DNA from: Alphaproteobacteria bacterium | GTDB taxonomy: Bacteria > Pseudomonadota > Alphaproteobacteria > MPNO01 > UBA830 | Reading direction: 5' to 3' | Assembly: GCA_964291215.2 (NCBI GenBank) | Contig: OZ219791.1 | Coordinates: forward strand, 192,001 to 256,000 | Length of the DNA: 64,000 nucleotides | Part shown: in pieces, positions 21,361 to 31,361 of the stretch | How positions within the stretch are numbered: the stretch's first letter is position 1 | Layout of the letters: each line of letters begins with the position of its first letter | The notes under the pieces: generated by a model | What the model was told of the DNA's origin: nothing | What the model saw: the letters and a program-made list of their open reading frames with translations, nothing else | The model's database searches: none | Translations under genes and position numbers: made by a program

Positions 21361-22662
21361 AGCATCCATGTTTCTTGGCAAGGTTTTTGCGGGTGTCTGT
21401 GGTGATGTTTTCTGTGGTTGTCCACAAGCGGTGTGGGATTTGCTCTGCGAGCGAGGCGACATGAAGCTTGTGGTCCCGGCGGCGGGTTGCCGTCCATTGG
21501 TCACGTGAACGCGGCTACCTTGCCGTCCAGCGTCTCCGGGCATGGTAACGTGACCGTCGTCAATTGGGTTCCAGGTGTCCCAAGGCGGTTCGATCTCCTC
21601 GATGTCGGCCTCGACGATGATCTGCAGACATTCTCCCCAAGTCGTGTCGTAGAGGGAGACTGTCGAGACAGTCCCGATCGCGCTCTCGGCAGGGCCGTGT
21701 CTCCTTCGCTCACTCACCGGTGCTTCAGGCAACGCTGCTGTCGCAGCAAGGTGTTCGCCAGAGCTTGCGCATCACGGCGACAATCGCGACCTTGCTTGCC
21801 GGCAGTCTTGAGGCGCACCAGGTCCGCGTTGAAGCGTGCCGGTTGCGGCCAGGAGATCACGTGGCCTGCCCGCCACGGATGTGCCGAGCACCGTGGTCGT
21901 TGGCGCCACCCCGATCAAGGCTGCCGACGCTGCCGAGTTCGGGCATCCAGCAAAGAAAAGCCGTGGCGGTCACCGGATCGAGGTCAGGATGGCGTAGCTC
22001 TGCTCGGGATCACCGGCGATCACCGCTTTGATCGCCGCGCCGGCGGTCATCGAGATCGGCCGCCGAGGCCCTTGTGACGGTCTCGCCATCCACCTCATCT
22101 GCCACGCGTCGACAAGCGCGGCACCAGGAGATCCTCCAGGCTCTTGAGGAAGGCGGAGCCACAGGCTCACCGTGCCAATCCTGGCGTCGACGCGGTTGGC
22201 CCATCGCCTCGGCGAAGCGCCCGCAACGGGTTGACGAGAATAACCTCGAAGCCCCGGTCATGAAGACACTGGTAAACCTTGCGGTGATAGCGGCCTGTCG
22301 CCCACCACCCGGCTCACCCCGAGGCCGCGAAGCCACCTGCTCGTGGCGTCGTTCGCAAAACAATGCGCCAGATGTCCAGACTGGCTGACCCCTGCTACTA
22401 CCTTGACCATCGCTCCTCGCCTTGTGATGATACGGGTTCAGGCATCCATGCGAGGGACGTCAAGGGAGGTTGCCAAACTCGGACGCGGCTCTGTCAAGGT
22501 CAAAACGGCAACCTCCGCGGAGATCGTTTGATCCCCTGTGCGTGTTCGCTCAGGGGAGCGGAATCTCTCTGCAACCATAGCTCTCCCACAGATCCACATT
22601 TTCCCGCCCCCAACTGCTGTGGATGATTTCATCATCAAGGGGACAAAACCTGGTCATATAAG
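21361..22662 (-). mobile_element. IS110-family element, copy 1
   Basis: Homologous to 54202-55634; CT core at both ends; Tnp remnant 21714-22410 (MVKVVAGV, RFAEAMG, MPELG, VAIVAVMRKL). Confidence 0.85.
22411..22660 (-). ncRNA. Predicted IS110 bridge RNA region, copy 1
   Basis: Left non-coding end carrying TGACCT/GTCCGAG (target-like) and CATGGATGC/ACAAG (donor-like) segments. Confidence 0.65.
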
Positions 22663-23996
22663 GTCATGGCGTGTTCGGTTTTCCTGAATTCGACGCGCCG
22701 GGTGACGCGGAAGATCTGCTAGTTGATCATCTTCGCCAGCGGGGTGAAGATGGTGCGCTGGCGGCCATGCGCGGGCTTTTCACTATAGCGTCCCGTGCTC
22801 GCGGTCTTCCGGTTGATGCTCTCGAAGGCGCGTTGCCCTTGACCATCAGTCCGCGCGATGGATCTCGACGATCAGCCTCGCAGGTGGTGTGGAGCGCATC
22901 GAGGGTGAGCAGACGGCCGGCAACCGACGCCGTCTCGAGCGCAGCGTGGACGGCAGCGATCTCCCCGCCGTGACAGTTGAGGATCGAATACCGGCCAGCG
23001 AGGCCGTCTCGTAATGATCCTCGCCGGTGCGGCCGCGCTTGCCGTCGACCGCGTTGCCGACCTGCGGCTGCGCGCCGCATCCTCGATCCATCCCGGGTCG
23101 GTAGCACCCGGTGCACGGTGGAGACCGGCTTGTCCCTGTTCTTCCACGCCGCTCCAGCTCTTTCTGCGTCGTAGTGCGCCACCGCGCCGGTTCGCAAGCC
23201 GCGCCATCACGCACAGTACCGAGGCGATGCCCCTGCGCGCGCCGGAAAGCGCCGCTGATAAATCGAGCGCAACTCCTGCGCCGACCAGCGGCGCCCGCAA
23301 CTCCCACGCCACAGGAAGCGGCGAACGATCCCGCGTCACGACGCAGCGGAAACACGTAAGGATCCTTCGCCTCCCCGGTCGGCGCCCGCTGGCGCGCGCA
23401 TGGCTCCTGCCAACGCACTCCCGGTTCGCCGCCTTGTACATGGTGCCGCTGAACTTCGTCGGCGAGACAAACTTCTCCGCAACAAGCAACGGCAGCCTCC
23501 CGGTCGCCGCCGCACCATCCGCGACAACGCAAAAGAGGCCCGGAAACGACCACCAGGAACAACAAACCTCGTGTTGTTCCCGGCAACCGCCTGAACTGTT
23601 CCTCGCGGCGCCAGCCAATCCAACGGTCCCGCAGCTGAGGGCGCCCGTCTGCCAGCCCGCAGCGCCAATCCACCGCCCGCGCCAGGTGAACACGCAGACC
23701 TCGACCGGCAAACTGCTTGAAACCAAGGATGACGGTCAACGACACGATTCCAGCGACATCAGGCCGCGCAAGGCGCACAACCACATCCCGGAGCGCAAAA
23801 CCCTCCAGAGTCGTCTCAAAAAAATCCACTGCCTCCACGACAACGGATACTGCGCCGCTTCACAAAAAGCCGGCAAAAATGCGAATCATCTGGAACAAGC
23901 GAAACCGACCCCTCCAACAAACTTGGCGTGGGATCATCGTGCCGCACAGCACTCCCGCGACGCCGCCGCAGGATGCGTTTCTGGTATAGTCGGGGC

Positions 23997-26765
23997 ATGT
24001 CGTCAGCCCTCCCGAACGCCGTTTCCCGACCTCCGCCCATTGCTGTCGCCGCCCTCGCCGCGGGCCACAGCGCGGCCGCGCTGGCGGATCCGTCCGGCGC
24101 CTGCGAGGTCATCTCCACCGCCGAGGCGGCGCGGCGCCTCGACGCCGGCCTCGAGCCCGTCGTCTGCCACCTGCCGGCCACCGCCCGGCGCCTTTGCCGC
24201 AATTCCCTGGCCGGCCTCGACCTCCTGGAACTCTTCGCCTTCGCGCGGCCGGCGCAGCCCTGCCGCCCCAGCCCGGCCGGACTCGCCGAGGCGCTGGAAC
24301 TCGCGCCCGCGCCCGACTTCGCCGGCGAGGCCCGCCTCCTCCAGCTCACGGCCGGCGAACTCCTCGCCGACCTTTCCGGCTACGGTCCGGAGGAGCGCAG
24401 GAAGGCAGCCGCCGCCGCGCACATGATGGCCCTCAACGGCTGGCACTGGGCGCCATACGTGCTGCAGGCGCTCGATGCGGAAGAGCCGGACATTCTCGGC
24501 GGATCACCGCGCGAAGCGCTGGAGGTGTGGCGGACTCTCCCGGAATGGTCGGAGATGGCGCCGCCCGCGGCCGCAAGCAATCATGCCGTTTCGCCGACCG
24601 ACGCGCGCGGGCGGCTCGCCGAACTGGTCGGGCCGGGCGCCGAGGACCGGCCGCAGCAGGCCGACTACGCGTCCGCGGTGAGCCACGCCTTCGTGCCGCG
24701 CAGCCGCGAGGATCACCCGCAAGCCGTGCTGGCCGAAGCGGGGACCGGAACCGGCAAGACCCTCGGCTATCTCGCGCCAGCGAGCCTGTGGGCCGAACGC
24801 AACGACGGCACAGTCTGGATCAGTACCTATACCCGCAACCTGCAGCGCCAGATCGACCACGAACTCGACCGGCTGCATGCCGAACCCGCGGAAAAGGCGC
24901 GCAGGGTCGTCGTCCGCAAGGGGCGCGAGAACTATCTGTGCCTCCTGAACTACGAGGAAGCGCTCAACGCGGTTTCCAGCCGGTCCGCGAACGCCGTCGG
25001 CCTCGCGCTGGTGGCGCGCTGGGCGGCCGCGAGCCGCAGCGGCGAGATCCCGGGCGGCGACTTTCCCGGGTGGCTCGTCGATCTCGCCGGCCGGCGCTGG
25101 ACGACGGATCTGGCCGACCGACGCGGCGAATGCATATACGCGGCCTGCGACCACTACCACAGGTGCTACATTGAGAAGACCGTGCGCCGCTCACGGCGCG
25201 CCGACATCGTCATCGCTAACCATGCGCTGGTGCTAGCCCAGGCCGCTGCGGGCGCGGCCGAGGACGGACAGTTGCCGACCCGCCTCGTGTTCGACGAGGG
25301 CCACCACCTGTTCGATGCCGCGGACAGCACCTTCGCGACCTGCCTCGGCGGCCGGGACTGCGCCGAACTGCGGCACTGGCTGATCGGGGCGGAAGGATCC
25401 CGGCGCAGCCGCGCCCGCGCCTTGGAAGGCCGCATCGGGGACCTTCAGGTGCTGGACGAAGCCATCCCCAACCTCATCGGCGAGATCCGGGCCGCCGCCC
25501 TGGCGCTGCCGGGGCCGAACTGGATGGCGCGGATCCGGGAGGGTTCAGGCCGGGGCGCCGCCGAACACTTCCTTCACCACGTCCGCAAGCAAGTCTACGC
25601 GCGCACCCCGGACAACCGCTCGTGGTACGACATCGAGACCGACATCATCGATCCGCTGCCGGAACTGGTCGAAGCGGCGCAGGAGTTCGGGATTGACATC
25701 GACCGGCTCGCCTCGCCCATGAAAGCGCTTTCCGAAAGCCTGTCGCGTCTCCTCGACCGCGAGGCGCGGCAGCTCGACACCGTACTCCGCAACCGCACCG
25801 AGAGCATCGCCCGGGCGCTCGCCACCCGCATCAAGGACCAGCTCGAGGCCTGGCAGTCGATGCTGAATTCGCTGATCGGCGAAACCCCCGGGAAGTTCGT
25901 CGAATGGTTCTGCGTGCGGCGCTTCCAGAGAGACGACGTGGATGTCGCCATGCACCGCCACTGGATCGACCCCATGGAGCCGTTCGCAAGCCGCGTCCTG
26001 GAGGCCGCGCACGGCGTCGTCGTGACCTCGGCGACGCTGCGCGAGGGCTCGGGCGACATCGAGGCCGACTGGCTCCAGGCCGAGGAACGCACCGGCATGT
26101 CGCGGCTCGGGGCGCCGCCGCTGCGCGCCCAGGTCGCGTCGCCCTTCGATTACGAGAGTCGGACCCGCGTCTTCGTGGTGACGGATGTCGACCGCAACGA
26201 CCGGCGCCAGGTCGCCGCGGCCTATCGCGAACTGTTCCTCGCCGCCGGGGGCGGCGCGCTCGGCCTGTTTACCGCCGTCACGCGGCTGCGCGCCGTGCAC
26301 AAGCTCATCGTCCAGGAGATGGAGGCCGCCGGGTATCCGCTGCTGGCGCAGCACGTGGACGGGCTCGACGCCGCCAGCCTGGTCGACATCTTCCGTGCCG
26401 AGGAACGGTCGTGCCTGCTCGGCACCGACGCGATGCGCGACGGGGTCGACGTTCCGGGCCGGAGCCTGCGCCTGATCGTGTTCGAACGGGTGCCGTGGCC
26501 GGTTCCCACGATTCTCCACCGCGCCCGGCGCGCGGCCTTCGGCGGCGCGCGCTACGACGATCTCATCGTCCGGCTGCGTCTCAAGCAGGCCTTCGGACGG
26601 CTGGTGCGGGGCGCCGGCGACAGCGGGGTGTTCGTTCTTCTCGACCCGCGCCTGGCGGCAAGGTTCGCGGGCGCGTTTCCGGACGGGGTGGAGATCCGCC
26701 GCACCGGCCTCGCCGACGCGCTGACCAAAACCCGGCGTTTCCTGGAGGGCGGCCGGGACGCTTGA
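23997..26765 (+). CDS. DinG/YoaA family ATP-dependent helicase
   Basis: RPQQ Q-motif, AGTGTGKT, KGRENYLC, VFDEGHH, TSATL, LKQAFGRLVR. Confidence 0.92.
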   Translation: MSSALPNAVSRPPPIAVAALAAGHSAAALADPSGACEVISTAEAARRLDAGLEPVVCHLPATARRLCRNSLAGLDLLELFAFARPAQPCRPSPAGLAEALELAPAPDFAGEARLLQLTAGELLADLSGYGPEERRKAAAAAHMMALNGWHWAPYVLQALDAEEPDILGGSPREALEVWRTLPEWSEMAPPAAASNHAVSPTDARGRLAELVGPGAEDRPQQADYASAVSHAFVPRSREDHPQAVLAEAGTGTGKTLGYLAPASLWAERNDGTVWISTYTRNLQRQIDHELDRLHAEPAEKARRVVVRKGRENYLCLLNYEEALNAVSSRSANAVGLALVARWAAASRSGEIPGGDFPGWLVDLAGRRWTTDLADRRGECIYAACDHYHRCYIEKTVRRSRRADIVIANHALVLAQAAAGAAEDGQLPTRLVFDEGHHLFDAADSTFATCLGGRDCAELRHWLIGAEGSRRSRARALEGRIGDLQVLDEAIPNLIGEIRAAALALPGPNWMARIREGSGRGAAEHFLHHVRKQVYARTPDNRSWYDIETDIIDPLPELVEAAQEFGIDIDRLASPMKALSESLSRLLDREARQLDTVLRNRTESIARALATRIKDQLEAWQSMLNSLIGETPGKFVEWFCVRRFQRDDVDVAMHRHWIDPMEPFASRVLEAAHGVVVTSATLREGSGDIEADWLQAEERTGMSRLGAPPLRAQVASPFDYESRTRVFVVTDVDRNDRRQVAAAYRELFLAAGGGALGLFTAVTRLRAVHKLIVQEMEAAGYPLLAQHVDGLDAASLVDIFRAEERSCLLGTDAMRDGVDVPGRSLRLIVFERVPWPVPTILHRARRAAFGGARYDDLIVRLRLKQAFGRLVRGAGDSGVFVLLDPRLAARFAGAFPDGVEIRRTGLADALTKTRRFLEGGRDA

Positions 26766-26786
26766 CGCATGTGCCGTCGGCGGCCT

Positions 26787-27371
26787 TCAGCCCCGTCCGC
26801 CGAACAGGCGCCGGATCCAGCCGAGAATCCGTTGCCAGAGGACGGCAGCGGCCATGCCGCCGACTTCCACCGGGGCCGAAGCCGGGGTGTCGGCCGCCGG
26901 CTCGGCGCCGGCGTCCGCCTCCTCCTCGATCCGGGCCGCGAGGTTCTCGGCGAACTGCCCGATGATCCTGCCGGCGAGGTCCTGGATCATGCCGACGCCG
27001 CGGCCGTACTGCGCCACCGAGCCGGAAAGCTGCATGTCGGTGTGAATATTGACGGTCGAACCGGCATCGGACGGCTTGAGGCCGAACGTGATCCGCGCCT
27101 GCGCCCCGCCCCGGCCCTTGGCGTCCGACCCCTGGGCCCGGACCAGCGCCGTGTGAGCGGCATCGTCGACTTCCTCGAAGGCCGCCTGGCCGTCGAAGGT
27201 CAGCGCCACGGGCCCCAGCCGCACGGACACCTTGCCGCGGAACGTGCGTTCGTCGATGATTTCCGTCAGTTCCGCGCCCGGCATGCACGGGGCGATGCGC
27301 TCGATGTCCATCAGCGTTGCCCACGCCCGGTCGGGCGGCAACGGCACTTCGAAGCTGTTGTCTATTTCCAT
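26787..27371 (-). CDS. CoxG/SRPBCC family protein
   Basis: DIERIAPCMPGAEL, AQYGRG..MIQD. Confidence 0.85.
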   Translation of the reverse strand: MEIDNSFEVPLPPDRAWATLMDIERIAPCMPGAELTEIIDERTFRGKVSVRLGPVALTFDGQAAFEEVDDAAHTALVRAQGSDAKGRGGAQARITFGLKPSDAGSTVNIHTDMQLSGSVAQYGRGVGMIQDLAGRIIGQFAENLAARIEEEADAGAEPAADTPASAPVEVGGMAAAVLWQRILGWIRRLFGGRG

Positions 27372-27396
27372 GTCTTTTCCGCTTCCATCTTCGGCC

Positions 27397-29736
27397 CTAT
27401 TCCGCGGCCTCGGCCGGCCGGGCCGAACGGATCGCCTCCCACAGCCGCGCCGAGCTCGCCGGCATGTCAAAGCTCCTGATGCCGAGCGGCGCCAGCGCGT
27501 CGCACACGGCATTCATCACCGCCGGCATGGCGCCAACGCAGCCGGCCTCGCCGGCGCCCTTGATGCCCATCGGATTAGTCGGGCTCGGCACCTCGTTTTC
27601 CTGCATCTCGAACGGCGGGCAGTCTTCGGCCCTCGGCATGGCGTAGTCCATGAAGGACCCCGAAACCATCTGTCCCGAATCTCCGTCCCACAGCATGTTC
27701 TCGCACAGGATCTGGCCCAGCCCCTGGGCAGCGCCGCCGTGAATCTGGCCCGCGAGCAAGAGCGGATTGACCACCGTGCCGACATCGTCGACCATGCAGT
27801 AGCGCACGATCTCGACGGTGCCCGTGGCGGTGTCGATCTCGACCTCGCAGAGATGGCTGCCGTTGGGAAAGGTCGGCGCTGGCGGAGACCATGCCGCCCA
27901 TTCGTCGAGGCCGAGCTCGAAGCCGGGCGGCGCGGTCATGAAGTTGTGCGCATGACGCGCCGCCTCGGTCAGCGTCATCGCCTTGTCGGTGCCGACAATC
28001 GTGAACACGCCGTCGGCGAACTCCAGGTCTTCCGGCGCCGCCTCAAGATGATAGGCGACGAGTTGTCGGCATTTCTCGACGATCCTTTCCGCGGCAAGCC
28101 CGATCGAGGCGCCGCCGACCCCCGACGAGCGCGAACCAAAGGTTCCCGTGCCCATCATCGCGACATCCGAATCCCCCTGGACGATGCGCACCTGCTCGAA
28201 CTCGAGCCCGAGCATGTCGCACAGCATCTGCCGGAAGATGGTCTCGTGGCCCTGGCCGTGATTGTGGGTGCCCATGATCAGGGTCGCGGTGCCCGAACCG
28301 TCGATCCTTATCTGCGCCCACTCGGGCGGGCCGCCCGCCGACTGCTCGATGCAGTTCGCGATCCCGATGCCGCGAAGCCGGCCGCGCGCCGACGCCTCGC
28401 GGCGCCGCGCCTCGAACCCGGCATGGTCGATCATTTCGAGAGCGCTGTTCATGTTGGCTTCGAACTCGCCGGAATCGTAGGTGAAGAGGAAGCCGGTGCC
28501 GTAGGGCTCCGAGATCGGCGGAATCAGGTTACGACGCCGCAGTTCCGCGGGGTCGATCCCGGTCTCGCGGGCCGCGGTGTCGATCACCCGTTCGACGCAG
28601 TAGACGGCTTCCGGCCGTCCGGCGCCGCGGTAGGGACCGGTGGCATTGGTGTTGGTAAACACGCCGGTCACATGGGTGTAGATGGCCGGCGTGCAGTAGG
28701 TGTTGGACAGCGACCCCAGGTTGTTGGTCGATGAATGGGGGCCGAGAAGCGTCAGATAGGCGCCGAGATTGGCGATCGTTGTGACGCGGAGCCCGAGAAA
28801 GATGCCGTCGCCGTCGAGCGCCAGCTCCACGGTCGAGATGTTGTCGCGGGCCTGGTCGTCGGACTGGAACGATTCAGTGCGGTCGCCGGTCCACTTGACC
28901 GGCCGGCCGAGAAGCCGCGCCGTCCACAGGCAGAGGATGTTCTCGGGATAGGGGCCGGAGCGCATGCCGAAGGCGCCGCCCATGTCCTCCGAGACCACGC
29001 GCAGCCGGTTCTGGGGAATGCCGAGGACCGGTTCGGCGATGGCCTGGCGAACTCCGTGCGGGCCCTGGGTGCCGGTATGGAGCGTGTAGCGGTCCTCGAA
29101 ACGATCGTACTCCCCGATGCAGGCCCGCGGTTCCATTGGAGCCACCGAAACGCGGGTGATGTCGAGGTCCAGCCGGGTCACGTGAGCAGCTTCCGCAAAG
29201 GCTCGGTCGGTCTTCTCGCGATCGCCGAGCTCGAAGACGAAGCACACGTTCCCGGGCGCCTCGTCCCAGACCGCGGCGGCGCCTTCCGCGAGCGCGTCGG
29301 CGGTCGCGGTGACCGAGGCGCGCGGCACGTATTCGACCTCGATAAGCTCAGCGGCATCGTGCGCCTGCGCCGCCGTCTCGGCAACCACCCAGGCGACGGG
29401 ATCGCCGACCATCTTGACCGCGCCGCGGCGCAGCGGCGCGTTGGGCGGCGTGAACATCGGCGACCCGTCCGGCTTCTGGCGCGGGACCACGCACGGAAGA
29501 TTGCCGAGTCCGGAGGCCGCGTAGTCCTCTCCCGTCCAGACGCCGAGAACGCCCGGAGCGGCGGCCGCAGCGGTCGTATCGACGGCGGCGATGTCCGCGT
29601 GCGCGTAAGGGGACCGCAACACGTGACCGTAGGCCTGTCCAGGGCGATTCAGGTCGTCGGAGTATCGTCCGCCGCCGCGCAGCAGACGCGGATCCTCCCA
29701 GCGCGGTACGCCTTGTCCCACTCCGAACTTCGTCAT
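27397..29736 (-). CDS. Xanthine dehydrogenase family molybdopterin-binding large subunit (CoxL form II-like)
   Basis: RWEDPRLLRG, MEPR, GGAFG, PYRGAGRPE, GQGHET, GQIHGG, KGAGEAG. Confidence 0.9.
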   Translation of the reverse strand: MTKFGVGQGVPRWEDPRLLRGGGRYSDDLNRPGQAYGHVLRSPYAHADIAAVDTTAAAAAPGVLGVWTGEDYAASGLGNLPCVVPRQKPDGSPMFTPPNAPLRRGAVKMVGDPVAWVVAETAAQAHDAAELIEVEYVPRASVTATADALAEGAAAVWDEAPGNVCFVFELGDREKTDRAFAEAAHVTRLDLDITRVSVAPMEPRACIGEYDRFEDRYTLHTGTQGPHGVRQAIAEPVLGIPQNRLRVVSEDMGGAFGMRSGPYPENILCLWTARLLGRPVKWTGDRTESFQSDDQARDNISTVELALDGDGIFLGLRVTTIANLGAYLTLLGPHSSTNNLGSLSNTYCTPAIYTHVTGVFTNTNATGPYRGAGRPEAVYCVERVIDTAARETGIDPAELRRRNLIPPISEPYGTGFLFTYDSGEFEANMNSALEMIDHAGFEARRREASARGRLRGIGIANCIEQSAGGPPEWAQIRIDGSGTATLIMGTHNHGQGHETIFRQMLCDMLGLEFEQVRIVQGDSDVAMMGTGTFGSRSSGVGGASIGLAAERIVEKCRQLVAYHLEAAPEDLEFADGVFTIVGTDKAMTLTEAARHAHNFMTAPPGFELGLDEWAAWSPPAPTFPNGSHLCEVEIDTATGTVEIVRYCMVDDVGTVVNPLLLAGQIHGGAAQGLGQILCENMLWDGDSGQMVSGSFMDYAMPRAEDCPPFEMQENEVPSPTNPMGIKGAGEAGCVGAMPAVMNAVCDALAPLGIRSFDMPASSARLWEAIRSARPAEAAE

Positions 29737-30010
29737 GCCGTGCTCCCTGCGCAACGGATCGCAAAATCGCGCCCGCGACTGAATACCGCCTGAAGCCTCC
29801 GCTCGCAAGGCGCGGCTCAGGACAGGACCATTCTGTTGTCGCGATCGGCAGCGGACAACCGTGTCAGAGTGGCCGTTCTTGAAGTTGGTGGCACCGTCTC
29901 AAGGTCGGAACCGGCATATCGACAACGAAATCCGCCCCCGAATGGACCTCCAGATCTGCCTACAACGCCCCCTCGTCGGACGGAACCGGACAAAAGAAGA
30001 GCCCTGCGGC

Positions 30011-31255
30011 TCAGGACGCGTTGAGGACCGTGCGAAGGCGCAGCAGGATCACGACGAGAAGCGCCGCAATGCCGACCATCATGAACAGCGAGGCGTCGAA
30101 ATCCCCGGTCCAGTGGGCGACGGCGCCCATTGACATCGGACCGAGCACGCCGCCGACCTCTCCGACCGAGAAAAAGAGTCCGCTGGCGGCGCCCATGCGG
30201 TTACCGCTGCTCCGGTTGTCCATCAGATACAACAGGGCGATCGAGGTCATGGCGCCACGGCACACCCCCTGGAGAACGAGCCCGACCGCGACCAGAGGCA
30301 GCGAGGCCGACCAGATGAGGAGCACGGCGAGTGCGGCGCAGTCGAACAGGGCGAGCAGGATCGGGAAGCGGCGCTCGGGGGTAGCCAACCGCGGAAGCAG
30401 GAGCGACGCCGCCATGCCGAACAGGGTCGGAAGCGCGGCCCAGTAGCCAGCCTCGACCGGCGTCATACCATAGCTGTGCAGCAGGTCCGGCATCCAGTGA
30501 TAGGTACCGTGAATGTAAAACAGGATGAACAGGCCCATAAGGAGGACGATGCGCACCACAGGGTCGCGGGCCAGCCGCAGGAAGACCTCGCGCACCGGCA
30601 GCCTCTCCTCGCCCTTCAGGCGCGCCTCAACGGCGCGGCTTTCCGGATGTGCGCTGATCAGCAGCCATGCCAGGCCGGTGACTACGATCACGCCGGCATA
30701 AATAAACATGACGGTGCGCCAGTCCCCATCCACCGCGGGAAGCATGACGCTGTTGGTCAGCGCCACGGTGAAGATGCTGCCGCACCCGTTACCCGTGAAA
30801 TAGACGCCGAGCGCAAAACCGCGTTCCCGGCCGGCAAACCACAGGCTGACCACCTTCGGGGCGCCGGACGAAATCAGCGGGCCGCCGAGCCCGAACACCA
30901 TCACGGCGAGAAGCAGCGTCCAGTAATCCACGGCGAAGCCACGAAGCATGACCGAGGCGGCGACGACCAACGACGCCGCAAACATCATCCACCGCGGGCC
31001 AAACCGGTCCATCAGACCGCCGCACGGCAGCGAGGACAGGATGTATGTGAGCTGCCAGGCGGCAAGCACCATCCCCATCTCTCCCCTGTGCATGCCGAGA
31101 TCGGTCATCACCACATAGACCAGCGGCGCCAGCGCCACCATCGACATCGCGAAGGAAAAGTAGAGCAGCCACAGCCCAACCAGCATGAACCAGCAATAGG
31201 GGTGGGGCGCGCCGGCGGGACCATCGTCGTCAGCCGTTCCAGGAGCCAGGACCAT
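30011..31255 (-). CDS. MFS transporter (CynX-like)
   Basis: About 12 hydrophobic segments; GGLMDRFGPR motif A. Confidence 0.85.
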   Translation of the reverse strand: MVLAPGTADDDGPAGAPHPYCWFMLVGLWLLYFSFAMSMVALAPLVYVVMTDLGMHRGEMGMVLAAWQLTYILSSLPCGGLMDRFGPRWMMFAASLVVAASVMLRGFAVDYWTLLLAVMVFGLGGPLISSGAPKVVSLWFAGRERGFALGVYFTGNGCGSIFTVALTNSVMLPAVDGDWRTVMFIYAGVIVVTGLAWLLISAHPESRAVEARLKGEERLPVREVFLRLARDPVVRIVLLMGLFILFYIHGTYHWMPDLLHSYGMTPVEAGYWAALPTLFGMAASLLLPRLATPERRFPILLALFDCAALAVLLIWSASLPLVAVGLVLQGVCRGAMTSIALLYLMDNRSSGNRMGAASGLFFSVGEVGGVLGPMSMGAVAHWTGDFDASLFMMVGIAALLVVILLRLRTVLNAS

Positions 31256-31361
31256 CGTCAGCGTGATTCCCGCACGGCGGCGGCCAACCGACGGTTACCA
31301 CCGGTGGAACAGCAACCTGCGTGCACGGGAAGCAGCGGTCGCCGGAGAAAGGACGGAAGTC

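Larger units (their letters stand above)
21000..23935 (-). mobile_element. Decayed DUF4338-ISAs1 element (copy C) interrupted by IS110
   Basis: RDRWIGW, GTMYKAAN, LTLDALHT, VKGN, HVRDATFREDD; left end GATCCCACGCCAAGT; 3' boundary approximate. Confidence 0.7.

Noticed and set aside
23014-24426. 470-aa ORF spanning the ISAs1 remnant and the helicase start
   Set aside because: Low-complexity S/P/R/A composition; antisense to the decayed element
27397-29736. True aerobic CO dehydrogenase (form I)
   Set aside because: Lacks the AYXCSFR loop; has PYRGAGR
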